Assembly (NCBI GenBank): GCA_002320035.1
Contig: DCJL01000017.1
Coordinates: 45,120 to 109,119, forward strand
Reading direction: 5' to 3'
Length of the DNA stretch: 64,000 nt
Source: Clostridiales bacterium UBA1701
GTDB taxonomy: Bacteria > Bacillota > Clostridia > Oscillospirales > Oscillospiraceae
The notes under the pieces were generated by a model. The model was not told the origin of the DNA, searched no databases, and saw only the letters and a program-made list of their open reading frames with translations. This document shows, in pieces, positions 10,606-22,298 of this stretch. Positions within the stretch are counted from its first letter, which is position 1; each line of letters opens with the position of its first letter. Both the position numbers and the translations under genes were made by a program.

Positions 10606-11007
10606 ATGGCAGCTGCAAACGCTAAGAAAAAAGTCAGAACCCGCAGAAGAGAGCGCAAAAATATTGAAAAGGGCCAGGTTCATATCAGCTCGTCCTTCAA
10701 TAACACCATGGTAACCGTCACCGATACGCAGGGCAACGCGCTGTCCTGGGCCTCCGCAGGTGGCTTGGGTTTCCGTGGCAGCAAAAAGTCAACCCCCTTC
10801 GCCGCGCAGACCGCCGCCGAGACCGCCGCAAAGGCAGCCATGGAGCACGGACTGAAGACCGTCGAAGTGTTCGTCAAGGGACCCGGCTCCGGCCGCGAGG
10901 CCGCTATCCGCGCCCTGCAGACCGCCGGTCTTGAAGTAACGATGATCAAGGACGTTACTCCCATTCCCCACAATGGCTGCCGTCCTCCGAAACGTCGTCG
11001 TGTCTAA
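10606..11007 (+). CDS. rpsK: 30S ribosomal protein S11
   Basis: [43 protein letters not shown]. Confidence 0.97.
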   Translation: MAAANAKKKVRTRRRERKNIEKGQVHISSSFNNTMVTVTDTQGNALSWASAGGLGFRGSKKSTPFAAQTAAETAAKAAMEHGLKTVEVFVKGPGSGREAAIRALQTAGLEVTMIKDVTPIPHNGCRPPKRRRV

Positions 11008-11026
11008 TTGAAGGAGGAAAACGAAT

Positions 11027-11653
11027 ATGGCAAGATATACTGAAGCAGTATGCCGCCAGTGCCGCAGAGAGGGCCAGAAGCTCTTCCTGAAGGGCGACCG
11101 CTGCTATACCGACAAGTGCGCCATGAACAGCAGAGCATTTGCCCCCGGCCAGCACGGTCAGGGCCGCAGCAAGGTCTCCGAGTATGGCCAGCAGCTCCGG
11201 GAGAAGCAGAAGGCCAAGAGATTCTACGGCGTTCTTGAGAGCCAGTTCCGTGGCTACTTTGAGATGGCCGAGCGCCGCCAGGGACAGACCGGCGAGAACC
11301 TGCTGTCCATCCTGGAGTGCCGCCTGGACAACGTTGTTTACCGCCTTGGTTTCGCCATGAGCCGCGCCGAGGCGCGCCAGATGGTCAGCCACGGGCATGT
11401 TACCGTCAACGGACGCAAGGTGAACATCCCCAGCTATCAGGTGAAGCCCGGCATGATCATTTCTCTTAAGGAGAGCAGCCGCGGAATTGACAAGATCAAG
11501 GCTAACATTGAGGCAAATGCATTCCGTCCCGCCCCCAAGTGGCTTGAGTATGACGCCAATAACATGATGGCAAAGGTCGTCGCCGTTCCGGCAAGAGATG
11601 ATATTGACCTGCCTATCGAAGAGCACCTTATCGTCGAGTTGTACTCCAAGTAA
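11027..11653 (+). CDS. rpsD: 30S ribosomal protein S4
   Basis: [26 protein letters not shown] and an S4 domain ([26 protein letters not shown]). Confidence 0.97.
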   Translation: MARYTEAVCRQCRREGQKLFLKGDRCYTDKCAMNSRAFAPGQHGQGRSKVSEYGQQLREKQKAKRFYGVLESQFRGYFEMAERRQGQTGENLLSILECRLDNVVYRLGFAMSRAEARQMVSHGHVTVNGRKVNIPSYQVKPGMIISLKESSRGIDKIKANIEANAFRPAPKWLEYDANNMMAKVVAVPARDDIDLPIEEHLIVELYSK

Positions 11654-11736
11654 TAAAGACACCCTCAAATTGGTAAGCTGGATCACCGCAAGCGCTTACT
11701 CAAGCGCAAGACTTAAAAGGAGGGTTATATAACTAT

Positions 11737-12687
11737 ATGATCGAAATTAAAAAGCCGCGCATCGAGTGCATCGAAACTCCCGCAGACAGCTCATACGGCA
11801 AATATATCATTGAGCCTCTGGAACGCGGCTACGGCACAACACTTGGTAACTCTCTTCGCAGGGTACTCCTGTCCTCTCTTCCCGGAACAGCCTGCACCAG
11901 CATCAAGATAGCAGGCGTACAGCACGAGTTTTCCACGATTCCCGGTATAAAGGAAGACGTTACGGAAATTGTGCTCAATGTAAAGAGCATTATAGCCCGT
12001 CTCCACAGTACCGGCCCCAAGACCGTTTACATTGAGGCCTCCGGCGAGGGCGTTGTCACTGCTGGAGATATCAAGGCGGATGCGGAAGTGGAAATTCTCA
12101 ACCCCGAGCAGCCTATTGCTACCCTTGGCCCTGATGGCGCCCTGAATATGGAGCTTGTCCTCGACCATGGCAGAGGCTATGTATCCGCTGAGAAGAACAA
12201 AAACCCCCAGACCGCCATTGGCACCATTCCTGTCGACTCCATTTACACTCCGGTCCTCAAAGTCAACTACACCGTGGAGAACACCCGTGTAGGCAACCAG
12301 ACCGACTTTGACAAGCTGACCATCGAGGTGTGGACCGACAAGACCATGACCGCCCGTGACGCTCTTTCCCTGGGAGCAAAGATACTCTGCGACCACTTTA
12401 CGCTCTTTACGGACCTGTCCGACACCATCGGCAGCAACTCCACGGTTGTTGAAAAGGTGGAGAAGGAGCCTGATACCATGCTCAAGATGACCATCGAAGA
12501 GCTGGATCTGTCCGTGAGAAGCTTCAACTGCCTCAAACGCGCCAATATAAATACTGTCGAGGATCTGGTCAACAAGACGCAGGACGAGATGATCAAGGTC
12601 CGTAACCTCGGCCGCAAGTCCCTGGAAGAAGTCGAGCATAAGCTGACGATGATGGGCTTGTCTCTGGCAGACGAGGATAATCAGTAA
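11737..12687 (+). CDS. rpoA: DNA-directed RNA polymerase alpha subunit
   Basis: 316 aa with [20 protein letters not shown] and a C-terminal [23 protein letters not shown]. Confidence 0.97.
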   Translation: MIEIKKPRIECIETPADSSYGKYIIEPLERGYGTTLGNSLRRVLLSSLPGTACTSIKIAGVQHEFSTIPGIKEDVTEIVLNVKSIIARLHSTGPKTVYIEASGEGVVTAGDIKADAEVEILNPEQPIATLGPDGALNMELVLDHGRGYVSAEKNKNPQTAIGTIPVDSIYTPVLKVNYTVENTRVGNQTDFDKLTIEVWTDKTMTARDALSLGAKILCDHFTLFTDLSDTIGSNSTVVEKVEKEPDTMLKMTIEELDLSVRSFNCLKRANINTVEDLVNKTQDEMIKVRNLGRKSLEEVEHKLTMMGLSLADEDNQ

Positions 12688-12713
12688 GCTCTCAAGAAGG
12701 AGGAAATGCAATT

Positions 12714-13055
12714 ATGCCCGGAACAAGAAAGCTCGGCAAGACCACCGCTCAGCGCATGGCGATGCTCCGCCAGCAGGTAACCGATTTCCTGGACAAAGGC
12801 CGTATGGAGACCACCGTTACCCGCGCCAAGGAGATTGCTCCCATGGCCGAGAAGATGATAACGCTTGGCAAGGCAAAGGATCTGGCGGCCTATCGTCAGG
12901 CGCTGGCCTTCATCACCCGCGAGGATGTTGCCAAGAAGCTGTTCGATGAGATCGCGCCCAAGTATGCGGAGCGCAATGGCGGCTACACCCGTATCACCCG
13001 CATCGGCGTACGCCGGGGTGATGCTGCCGAAGTGGCAGTCATCGAGCTGGTCTGA
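12714..13055 (+). CDS. rplQ: 50S ribosomal protein L17
   Basis: [17 protein letters not shown]...ERNGGYTRI. Confidence 0.96.
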   Translation: MPGTRKLGKTTAQRMAMLRQQVTDFLDKGRMETTVTRAKEIAPMAEKMITLGKAKDLAAYRQALAFITREDVAKKLFDEIAPKYAERNGGYTRITRIGVRRGDAAEVAVIELV

Positions 13056-13077
13056 GTCGAAACTCAATATTAAAAAA

Positions 13078-13104
13078 CAGAGGCTTTTTGCCTCTGTTTT
13101 TTTA
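13078..13104. terminator. Bidirectional rho-independent terminator shared by convergent rplQ and clpB
   Basis: The stem CAGAGGC/GCCTCTG has an A-run upstream and a T-run downstream. Confidence 0.8.
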
Positions 13105-13127
13105 TTCGCTTGAAACGGAGCCTTGGC

Positions 13128-15707
<2,580 letters not shown>

Positions 15708-15726
15708 AGAAAACTCCTTTCCCTCG

Positions 15727-16374
15727 TCAGATATGGATCTTCGAGTTTATAAGGTGAGAATAATAGGCTGCCTCCACCTCATGGGGATCGAGCCTGCCGC
15801 TGAGATAGCTTTTCATGAGCCGATCAAAGAGCTTGATGTATTCAGATATGGCACCGGCCAGATCTTCTGGGCCGCAATCCCTGTCGGGGGCGGCCAGGCT
15901 GCGCATGAACTTGCCCTCATAGAGCGCGTAATCGATCTCTGCTCCGGTGAGAGGGCGCAGATGTGCATCTTCGATCCGCTTCCACAGACGGAAAAATTCC
16001 GTCATGGCCTGGATAAGGGCCGTGGACTGGGTTCTGAACATCACGCTCAGCGCTCCGATGGATGCCCCCCCGCCCCGGTACAACTCCACCTCGTATTTCA
16101 CCGTGGGCCGGTATTTGTACTCCAGGGAACTTTTCAGGGACATGCTGAAACTGTTTGGCGTAAAAAAAGGCACAAGCTCCCGGGACGGGCTCATAAGCTG
16201 CTCCATGGCAGATAAAATCTCGTTTATGCGTCGCTCCGGCGTGGTGTAATTCACATACTCGGCCAGGATCTGGTTAATCAGGTTGGAGCGGTTGGTACCC
16301 AGCCTGTGGGCCAGCGCGTCCACTTCCCGAACGACCTCATCGCTCAGCATCAGGCTGTATAATGTCTTTTTCAA
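15727..16374 (-). CDS. Ribbon-helix-helix (CopG-like) protein with an uncharacterised roughly 170-aa C-terminal domain, 20 nt upstream of clpB
   Basis: The N-terminus [35 protein letters not shown] shows the RHH pattern. It is on the same strand and immediately precedes clpB. Confidence 0.6.
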   Translation of the reverse strand: MKKTLYSLMLSDEVVREVDALAHRLGTNRSNLINQILAEYVNYTTPERRINEILSAMEQLMSPSRELVPFFTPNSFSMSLKSSLEYKYRPTVKYEVELYRGGGASIGALSVMFRTQSTALIQAMTEFFRLWKRIEDAHLRPLTGAEIDYALYEGKFMRSLAAPDRDCGPEDLAGAISEYIKLFDRLMKSYLSGRLDPHEVEAAYYSHLINSKIHI

Positions 16375-16493
16375 ATCTGACCATCCCTTTCCTCTTGTCT
16401 TGCCTGTATACTAATACGGACAATAAATTTTGTCAAGCATAATATATAAATGTTAACACAAATTATATAAAATAAAATAAATTTCTCCCCATC

Positions 16494-16522
16494 TTGATTT
16501 TTCCCCAACAATCAGATATAAT
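16494..16522 (+). promoter_or_regulatory. Sigma-70 type promoter in front of the first tRNA-Ser unit
   Basis: TTGATT, a 17-nt spacer, then TATAAT, ending about 19 nt before unit 1 at 16541. Confidence 0.55.
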
Positions 16523-16540
16523 TACTCGGCGAAGCGGTAT

Positions 16541-16610
16541 GGAGATGTATCGAAGTAGTCGTAACGAGGCTGACTCGAAATGCGCGTTGACTCTGGCCGT
16601 TTCCTCCGCC
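16541..16610 (+). pseudogene. tRNA-Ser(CGA) 5' half (unit 1) joined to a degenerate tail that lacks a T-arm; orphan left junction of the outer element
   Basis: GGAGATG-TA-TCG..CGA D-arm and a CTCGAAA anticodon loop. The downstream 30 nt has no T-arm. It is homologous to unit 2. Confidence 0.6.
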
Positions 16611-16721
16611 GGAAATCCTTGCGGCACAAGGGTTTTCACGAGTTCCAATTTCAAAATTTCATACCGTTCTTGCCTGTTTTTCTTGCATTTTCTCAGCGCA
16701 CAGAAAACAGTTAAGATATAC

Positions 16722-16762
16722 GGAGGGCTATCGAAGTGGTCGTAACGAGAACGACTCGAAAT
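16722..16762 (+). pseudogene. 5' half of a split tRNA-Ser(CGA) (unit 2); attL of the inner element
   Basis: Acceptor GGAGGGC, D-arm TCG/CGA, anticodon stem AACGA and loop CTCGAAA. It pairs perfectly with the 3' half at 42949-43010. Confidence 0.8.
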
Positions 16763-16846
16763 TTTTTGTAGAGTTGGCTGTTTGCTCCGCTTAAAAAGCC
16801 CGTAAAATCAGGGGTTTTCTCCGGTTCGAAAATTAAATATTTTGTT

Positions 16847-16868
16847 GTTCTTTCCGTCAGTTCTTTCC
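16847..16868 (+). repeat. Two direct GTTCTTTCC 9-mers (candidate integrase arm-type sites, left arm)
   Basis: Exact 9-mers at 16847 and 16860. The same 9-mer recurs at 17066 and 17087 (inverted), 17140, 42751, 42763 and 42784. Confidence 0.55.
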
Positions 16869-16903
16869 AAAAGTTTTTGGAAGAAATGCGGAATTACATA
16901 CAC

Positions 16904-16992
16904 GGAGAGTTGTCCGAGTGGTCGAAGGTGCAGCACTCGAAATGCTGTGTTCCCAAAAGGAACCTAGGGTTCGAATCCCTAACTCTCCGCCA
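16904..16992 (+). tRNA. tRNA-Ser(CGA), intact, with encoded CCA; carried inside the inner element
   Basis: Acceptor GGAGAGT/ACTCTCC, anticodon arm CAGCA-CTCGAAA-TGCTG, a long variable arm GTTCC..GGAAC and T-arm TAGGG-TTCGAAT-CCCTA. Confidence 0.92.
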
Positions 16993-16996
16993 AAAA

Positions 16997-17034
16997 AGCC
17001 CGAAAAATCAAGGTTTTTCGGGCTTTTATTTTTT
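16997..17034 (+). terminator. Rho-independent terminator after tRNA-Ser
   Basis: The stem AGCCCGAAAAA/TTTTTCGGGCT is followed by a T-run. Confidence 0.8.
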
Positions 17035-17065
17035 GCCCTTTTGCTCAAAATCTGCTCAAAACTAT

Positions 17066-17148
17066 GGAAAGAACAGCCTGTTTTTTGGAAAGAACAAGGC
17101 GATTTCGGGTATTTTGGCATATTCGAACCGTTAAAATCAGTTCTTTCC
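17066..17148. repeat. Three more copies of the 9-mer (two inverted GGAAAGAAC, one direct)
   Basis: Copies at 17066-17074, 17087-17095 (inverted) and 17140-17148 (direct), between the tRNA terminator and the integrase 3' end. Confidence 0.5.
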
Positions 17149-18351
17149 GCCATCGTTTGAGATTTCAGCCCACTTGCTGCCAAAATTCACCGATTCGGGC
17201 AGTGCCATTCCGCTGACCATTGCCTTTGCCGACGACAGTTTTGAAGTGTAGTCAAGGTGGGCATAAATGTTAGCGGTTGTGGAAAAATCACTGTGTCCAA
17301 GCCACTCCTGAATTTGTTTCAGCGGTACGCCGTTTGCAAGAAGCAGGCTTGCACAACTGTGTCTTAAATCGTGAAAACGCATTCTTTTACAGCCGTGCTT
17401 TTGAATATACTGCGGGAAATAGCTTGTCAGATAATCCGGTCGCATTAAATCTCCCAGCTCGTCTACAAAGACATAACCGTCATATTCGTAGTTGTAGCAG
17501 TTGCCGCAGACCTTTTTGTTGACTTCCTGTGCCGCTTTTACTTCTTTGAAATACTCAGCAAAGCTGCCGACAAGCGGAAGTGTACGCATACTGGATTTTG
17601 TTTTGGCAGAGTCCTGTGCGTACATTTTTGTTTTTCCGTCCACTTGCAGCGATGTGACCGTGTGCCTAATAGTGATTGTGCCACGCTCAAAGTCAATGGC
17701 GTCCCATTTCAGTCCGCAAACTTCGCCACGACGCAAGCCGTAGAAAGCGGCGACTAAAACAGGAAGTTCCAGCTTTGTTCCTTTGACTACTTCAAATAAA
17801 TGCTGCAGTTCTTCTGCATCAAGGAATACAGGCTGATAATCATTCTTTTTCGGGCGATCCACTTTCATTGCCACATTCTGCGTAACAAGGTCAGTTTTCA
17901 TTGCGTATTTCAGCGCCTGATGAATAACAGCGTGATAGTGAATAACCGAGTTTGGCTTGACCGTTTTCAGCTTTTCGGAATAGAATTGCTGAATGTGTCT
18001 TGCCTCTAATCCCTGAAGCGTTACCGCTTTCTTACGAAAATACGGCTCAATCACCGATTTTACCATTTGCTCGTAAGAGCTGAATGTGGTTGCCTTAACA
18101 CGCACCTTGACGATGTCCAGCCATTCGAGCAGATAGTCTGCAAACGGCATATCGGAAGCAAGCTCGCCGACTTCCTGCGGCGGTACAAATTCACTTCTGA
18201 TTCGTGCAAGTTCGGCTTCGGCTTTTCGTTTGTTTCCCTTTTCGGGCAGTCCCGTGGAAAAGTATTTCACACGGCGTTTTCCGTTGTTGTTATAGTAGCT
18301 TAGCACTACATAATAAAAACCTTTTTTAACTTGTAGGTGTCCTGATACCAT
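17137..18351 (-). CDS. int: Tyrosine site-specific integrase
   Basis: 404 aa with a SAM-like N-terminal domain, FYGLRRGE, HDLRHSCASLLL, LGHSDFSTTANIYAH and the catalytic Y region. It is adjacent to the tRNA. Confidence 0.93.
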   Translation of the reverse strand: MVSGHLQVKKGFYYVVLSYYNNNGKRRVKYFSTGLPEKGNKRKAEAELARIRSEFVPPQEVGELASDMPFADYLLEWLDIVKVRVKATTFSSYEQMVKSVIEPYFRKKAVTLQGLEARHIQQFYSEKLKTVKPNSVIHYHAVIHQALKYAMKTDLVTQNVAMKVDRPKKNDYQPVFLDAEELQHLFEVVKGTKLELPVLVAAFYGLRRGEVCGLKWDAIDFERGTITIRHTVTSLQVDGKTKMYAQDSAKTKSSMRTLPLVGSFAEYFKEVKAAQEVNKKVCGNCYNYEYDGYVFVDELGDLMRPDYLTSYFPQYIQKHGCKRMRFHDLRHSCASLLLANGVPLKQIQEWLGHSDFSTTANIYAHLDYTSKLSSAKAMVSGMALPESVNFGSKWAEISNDGGKN

Positions 18352-18471
18352 TATTTTTAACTCCTTTCATTGTACATCACAGGAAAGACCTACACCGACA
18401 AGCCTATTATAGCTTGCCGGCATAGTTCTTTCCATTCTGCAAAAGTCACTCGCTGTACACTTTAGTTCGAA

Positions 18472-19389
18472 TTATCGGGCGTCTCTGTTGCGTTCTCGTT
18501 GGCGTTTCAAAAGCTCCAAGCCTTTTAGAATATCCCGTTTGATTTGCTCATCGCTGTAATTTTGCGGAAAGTATTTGCGAAGCTCATCACGAGGCAGTTT
18601 GATTTGTTCCTTTTGATTTGGCTTTTCTTCCGACAAAATAGCGTAAATAGCGTCGGCGGTAAGCAAGCCGTCCTGTGACATTTTCTTCAGCCTGATACTC
18701 TGTGCGTGTGACGGTGTGCAGTCATTCATATTGATTGCGTCAAGCAAAGTGAGCTGTTCTTCTCGGTCAAGGTAGGAGATTTCTACCGCAGGGTTGAAAG
18801 CGATTTTATTATCATCTACCATTGAAAGCAGTTCGGGAATTAAGTAAGTTAAGCGGATATAGCGTTGGATTTGTCGCTCACTATCATCGCTGTCTCTGCT
18901 CACTTGTGTTACACTCAACAACTTCTCGCCAACTTGGCGAGAAGTAACGCCCTGATGTTTTACCGCCTCCAGCTTCATCTTATAGGCAAAGGCTTTTTCG
19001 CTTGGCAGTATTGTTTCCCTTTGCAGATTGGCGTCCACCATTGCGATTACCGCCTCATCGTCTGACATTTCACGGACGATTACAGGCATTGTTTCAATTC
19101 CGAGCACCTGACACGCCGCCAATCTTCTGTGCCCCGAAATAAGCTCGTAGCCGCTGTCAGGCAGAGGTCTGGCAAGCGCCGGAGTTATCGTTCCGACCTT
19201 GCGTATACTCTCAATCATTCGCTCCATTTCTTCGTTATTCAATATCTTAAATGGGTGATTCTTAAAAGGGTGAAGCTCGTTAAGCGGTATGTTCTTTACA
19301 CGCTCAAGCTTTGCATCGTCACGCTCCGCCTGCGTTGTAAATAGGTCATCCAGAGTCGGTAAAGTAAAATCTGATTTTCGTTTTGTCAT
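18472..19389 (-). CDS. ParB/Srx-fold N-terminal domain protein (plasmid-partition or KorB-like)
   Basis: ELISGHRRLAACQVLG (the ParB GxRR box) and IVREMSDDEAVIAMVDANLQRE. Confidence 0.8.
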   Translation of the reverse strand: MTKRKSDFTLPTLDDLFTTQAERDDAKLERVKNIPLNELHPFKNHPFKILNNEEMERMIESIRKVGTITPALARPLPDSGYELISGHRRLAACQVLGIETMPVIVREMSDDEAVIAMVDANLQRETILPSEKAFAYKMKLEAVKHQGVTSRQVGEKLLSVTQVSRDSDDSERQIQRYIRLTYLIPELLSMVDDNKIAFNPAVEISYLDREEQLTLLDAINMNDCTPSHAQSIRLKKMSQDGLLTADAIYAILSEEKPNQKEQIKLPRDELRKYFPQNYSDEQIKRDILKGLELLKRQRERNRDAR

Positions 19390-20771
19390 CGTTCATATCC
19401 TCTCTTTCTTGATTTATTAAGTCCGAAATATCGGCTTCGAATATTCTCCTCAATGAGAATATTTTCTTTGATTTTGGGGTTATCCTCTATAATTCTTGCC
19501 GCTGTTTTCCTGTCCTTTCGGAGCTGAGCCAGAGCCTTTGTGCAGTCATTTCGCTTGGCAACAAGCTTTGCTTTTTCGTCGGGATCGTGGCAAGAATCAA
19601 TATCTCGGTAGAGCATTTTGCGGTAATCCGATATGAGTTTTATTTCAGAATCAGCGTTATTTATAAACGATTCCACAGAAGAAATATCGGTCAGGTGATT
19701 GTCGTAAATGAGCTGTACCTGTGCGGTGTGGCGGTCAAGCCAACGGCAAGCCTCACGCATTTCGGGCGATAACGGCTTGTGTTTTTTATTCTTAGGAAGC
19801 ACGCCGAGCAGATATAAATATCTGAAATACAATGCTTTAAGACCCGTAATCTTTTTGGCGGTTTTTAAGTTGCCTTTAACAAAATGCGCCTTTTGAATTG
19901 TTACACCAAAGCTCTTTTTTTCGGTAAACTCATAGTATAAGCGATATGCTTCTTGCCAGTTGTTTTTCAGTGTATCCCTCATTCGGTCATAGATTGCATC
20001 ACGGTCATAGGCTTCTCCTAAGCGGTACAAACGAGTCGCTTTTTTGCTGTTAACAGAGCAAATTGTGGCGTACTTATGATAAGGATTCATATCGACTACA
20101 TATCCGAACTGTTTCATAACATAGGTAAAAGCTTTGGGATTTGTACTCATCGTAAGAGCTTTATCTATCGCCTTACGCATTAAATTGTAACGAGTAGGCT
20201 CGCCGTTCTTTTCTGCAAAGTACAGCTTGCGTGGCGTCTTTCCTTTAGGATTTTTAATAACCGTCAGACCGTTTTCTTTGCAAAGTTCATCGGAAATACT
20301 GCGCAGTTTCCAGTATGCACCCTCGTTGCAGTTAAACTTCTTACCATTCCACATATTCACCGAATTGATGACCAAATGATTGTGATATGTGCCGGTGTTA
20401 AAGTGCGTAGCGACCAGCACTTGGTACTGATCGCCCCACATTCTTTTTGCAAGCTCTACGCCCAGTTTGTGTGCAAGCTGAGGTGTAACTTCTCCTGTTT
20501 TGAAACTCTGATATGCGTGATAAGCCACATTGCCGACCGTCTTATCGAAGCGTTCCTGAACTGCATTCATCTCGGCAAAAGCGGTTTCTGAGGTGCAGTT
20601 TACGCCTGTTACATACATAGCTTTTTCTTCACCGATTACGGTTTTTCTTTCGTCACTTGCGTAGTGAAGTGCCTTGCAAATATCGCTGTAAATCGTCTTG
20701 TCCGGGTTCGCCGCATAGCTCAAAACACGGCTGACGCTGTCGGTTACAGCCCATATTTTTGTTACTGCCAC
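19386..20771 (-). CDS. Relaxase / mobilisation nuclease (MobA/VirD2-type)
   Basis: VAYHAYQSF...VATHFNTGTYHNHLVINSV (the histidine triad). It overlaps the upstream MobC-like gene. Confidence 0.85.
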   Translation of the reverse strand: MAVTKIWAVTDSVSRVLSYAANPDKTIYSDICKALHYASDERKTVIGEEKAMYVTGVNCTSETAFAEMNAVQERFDKTVGNVAYHAYQSFKTGEVTPQLAHKLGVELAKRMWGDQYQVLVATHFNTGTYHNHLVINSVNMWNGKKFNCNEGAYWKLRSISDELCKENGLTVIKNPKGKTPRKLYFAEKNGEPTRYNLMRKAIDKALTMSTNPKAFTYVMKQFGYVVDMNPYHKYATICSVNSKKATRLYRLGEAYDRDAIYDRMRDTLKNNWQEAYRLYYEFTEKKSFGVTIQKAHFVKGNLKTAKKITGLKALYFRYLYLLGVLPKNKKHKPLSPEMREACRWLDRHTAQVQLIYDNHLTDISSVESFINNADSEIKLISDYRKMLYRDIDSCHDPDEKAKLVAKRNDCTKALAQLRKDRKTAARIIEDNPKIKENILIEENIRSRYFGLNKSRKRGYER

Positions 20772-21076
20772 GGCGAATCACTTGCGCTTTCCGGCTCACC
20801 GATTGAGTGATAAGCCTTCAAAAATTTGCTCACAACATCGTTGAAGTTTGCATTTACATTGGCTTCTGAAAGCGACTTCCAATTGTCACGAAGTGAGGTC
20901 AAACCTCGGTAAGCTTCGTAAAATTCCTGCGGCAAGGTTGCATGAACTTCCTTGCCCAATCCGAGTTTTCTAAGATAAGCAGAGAGCGAAAGTCCGCATT
21001 TTTTAGCGGCAGTTTCCATCTTTCTTTTCTCTCCCTCAGTCACTCGGATATTGATTGCAGTAGACCTTTGTCTCAT
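20762..21076 (-). CDS. mobC: MobC-like relaxosome accessory protein (RHH)
   Basis: INIRVTEGEKRKMETAAKKCGLSLSAYLRKLGLGKEV. Its stop overlaps the relaxase start. Confidence 0.8.
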   Translation of the reverse strand: MRQRSTAINIRVTEGEKRKMETAAKKCGLSLSAYLRKLGLGKEVHATLPQEFYEAYRGLTSLRDNWKSLSEANVNANFNDVVSKFLKAYHSIGEPESASDSPWQ

Positions 21077-21115
21077 ATATTTTCATTCCTTTCTCTGTAT
21101 AATCGGGGTTACAGG

Positions 21116-21177
21116 GGCGGCAAGTCCCTTTCGGTAATTTGCCGCCGGTTTTGTGGATTTCAAAGGCAACACAAAAC
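21116..21177. promoter_or_regulatory. Candidate oriT or operator: two adjacent 8-bp-stem inverted repeats upstream of mobC
   Basis: GGCGGCAA..TTGCCGCC (21116-21146) and GTTTTGTG..CACAAAAC (21148-21177), about 40-100 nt upstream of the mobC start. Confidence 0.35.
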
Positions 21178-21272
21178 CTATGCTCGCTATCCTTACGGAT
21201 TGGCATTACCTGTATAGCCTTATGTCCAGTTTCTCAAAAAATGACGATAGTGACGGCTGTGACGGCTTTTTC

Positions 21273-22298
21273 CTATATAGCGGATTTATTGTCATCGCCG
21301 TCATTGCCGTCATTCTTTTTTAAGTAAATCAGTCGGCTCGTGCCGGTGCGTTTTGTTTTGTATTCGATACCTTGCGGCTGAAAAACTTCCGAAGAAAATC
21401 GGGCAAGTATTTTGGTCACGACATTCGGTGTAACCTCGGTTTCGTTCATCTGCTTTATAAGTTGCGTTGCAGTGCCTCGCCATTCTTTTACTTCCGAAAT
21501 ATAATCAACTAGCCGGAAAATAAACTTCGGTATTTCTTCACGGTGAATATCCTCCATATCCTTTCGCTCGACCAATTTCCACAAGTGACTGCGATTGTCA
21601 AACTTCAAGGTAAACTCCTGATATGCAATATCTCGACCGGTGGCAAGCAGCGTTCCTGTTTCATTGGCACGGCTGCGCTTCAAAACAAAATTTGTATCTG
21701 CCGCACCTGTGATACCGGTGGAGCCTGACACCTCGTTGAATGGGTCGCTGACATCTTTCAGCTTCCTGACATGGTGAACAACTACAACAGCTATGCCGTA
21801 CTTGTCCGAAATATTTTTCAGTGCCGTTACATCGTCATAGTCGCCTGCATACATTCCGCTTTTCCCACCGGTGCTTTTTGAATCTCGAACCTTTTGAAAG
21901 GTGTCGATAATGACAAGTTTTGTTTTCGGAAAGTCGGAAAGATACTGTTCGATTTGCTGTTCCAAGCCGTTGCCGATTTGAAAACTCGTTGTTGCAATGC
22001 GAAGTTCGGGCGGTGCTTCGTCTGTGATTTGATACAGGCGGCTTTGTATTCGTGCGTAGGTATCCTCCAAGCAGAGATAAAGTACATCGCTCTTGTGGGT
22101 TTCATATTCCCACACGGGCTGTCCTCTCGCCACTTGAATACCGAGCCAAAGCATAAGCCAGCTCTTGCCGATTTTACTTGAACCCGAAAGCACACTTAGT
22201 CCTTGCGGTATCAAGCCGTCAACCACAAATAAGGTTTTTCTCATCGGCGTTGACAGCAGCGTGTCCGCATCGATTGTTTTAAGCTTTTCAACTTGCAT
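21273..22298 (-). CDS. RecA-fold AAA ATPase (AAA_25/RepA-like; probable replication or mobilisation helper)
   Basis: Walker A GSSKIGKSWL and Walker B-like LVIIDTFQK. It overlaps the Xis-like gene. Confidence 0.65.
   Translation of the reverse strand: MQVEKLKTIDADTLLSTPMRKTLFVVDGLIPQGLSVLSGSSKIGKSWLMLWLGIQVARGQPVWEYETHKSDVLYLCLEDTYARIQSRLYQITDEAPPELRIATTSFQIGNGLEQQIEQYLSDFPKTKLVIIDTFQKVRDSKSTGGKSGMYAGDYDDVTALKNISDKYGIAVVVVHHVRKLKDVSDPFNEVSGSTGITGAADTNFVLKRSRANETGTLLATGRDIAYQEFTLKFDNRSHLWKLVERKDMEDIHREEIPKFIFRLVDYISEVKEWRGTATQLIKQMNETEVTPNVVTKILARFSSEVFQPQGIEYKTKRTGTSRLIYLKKNDGNDGDDNKSAI

Noticed and set aside
16541-16790. The idea that units 1 and 2 are functional tRNAs lacking a T-arm.
   Set aside because: Their anticodon stems pair poorly with their own tails (3/5 and 4/5 pairs), and acceptor complementarity is lost. 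Unit 2 pairs perfectly with the distant 3' half instead, so split or dead genes is the better explanation.
16463-17183. ORFs of 60-108 aa across the tRNA units (16463-16654, 16494-16745, 16857-17183, 16877-17134 and 16918-17160).
   Set aside because: They overlap tRNA and terminator sequence and lack an RBS, so they are most likely spurious.
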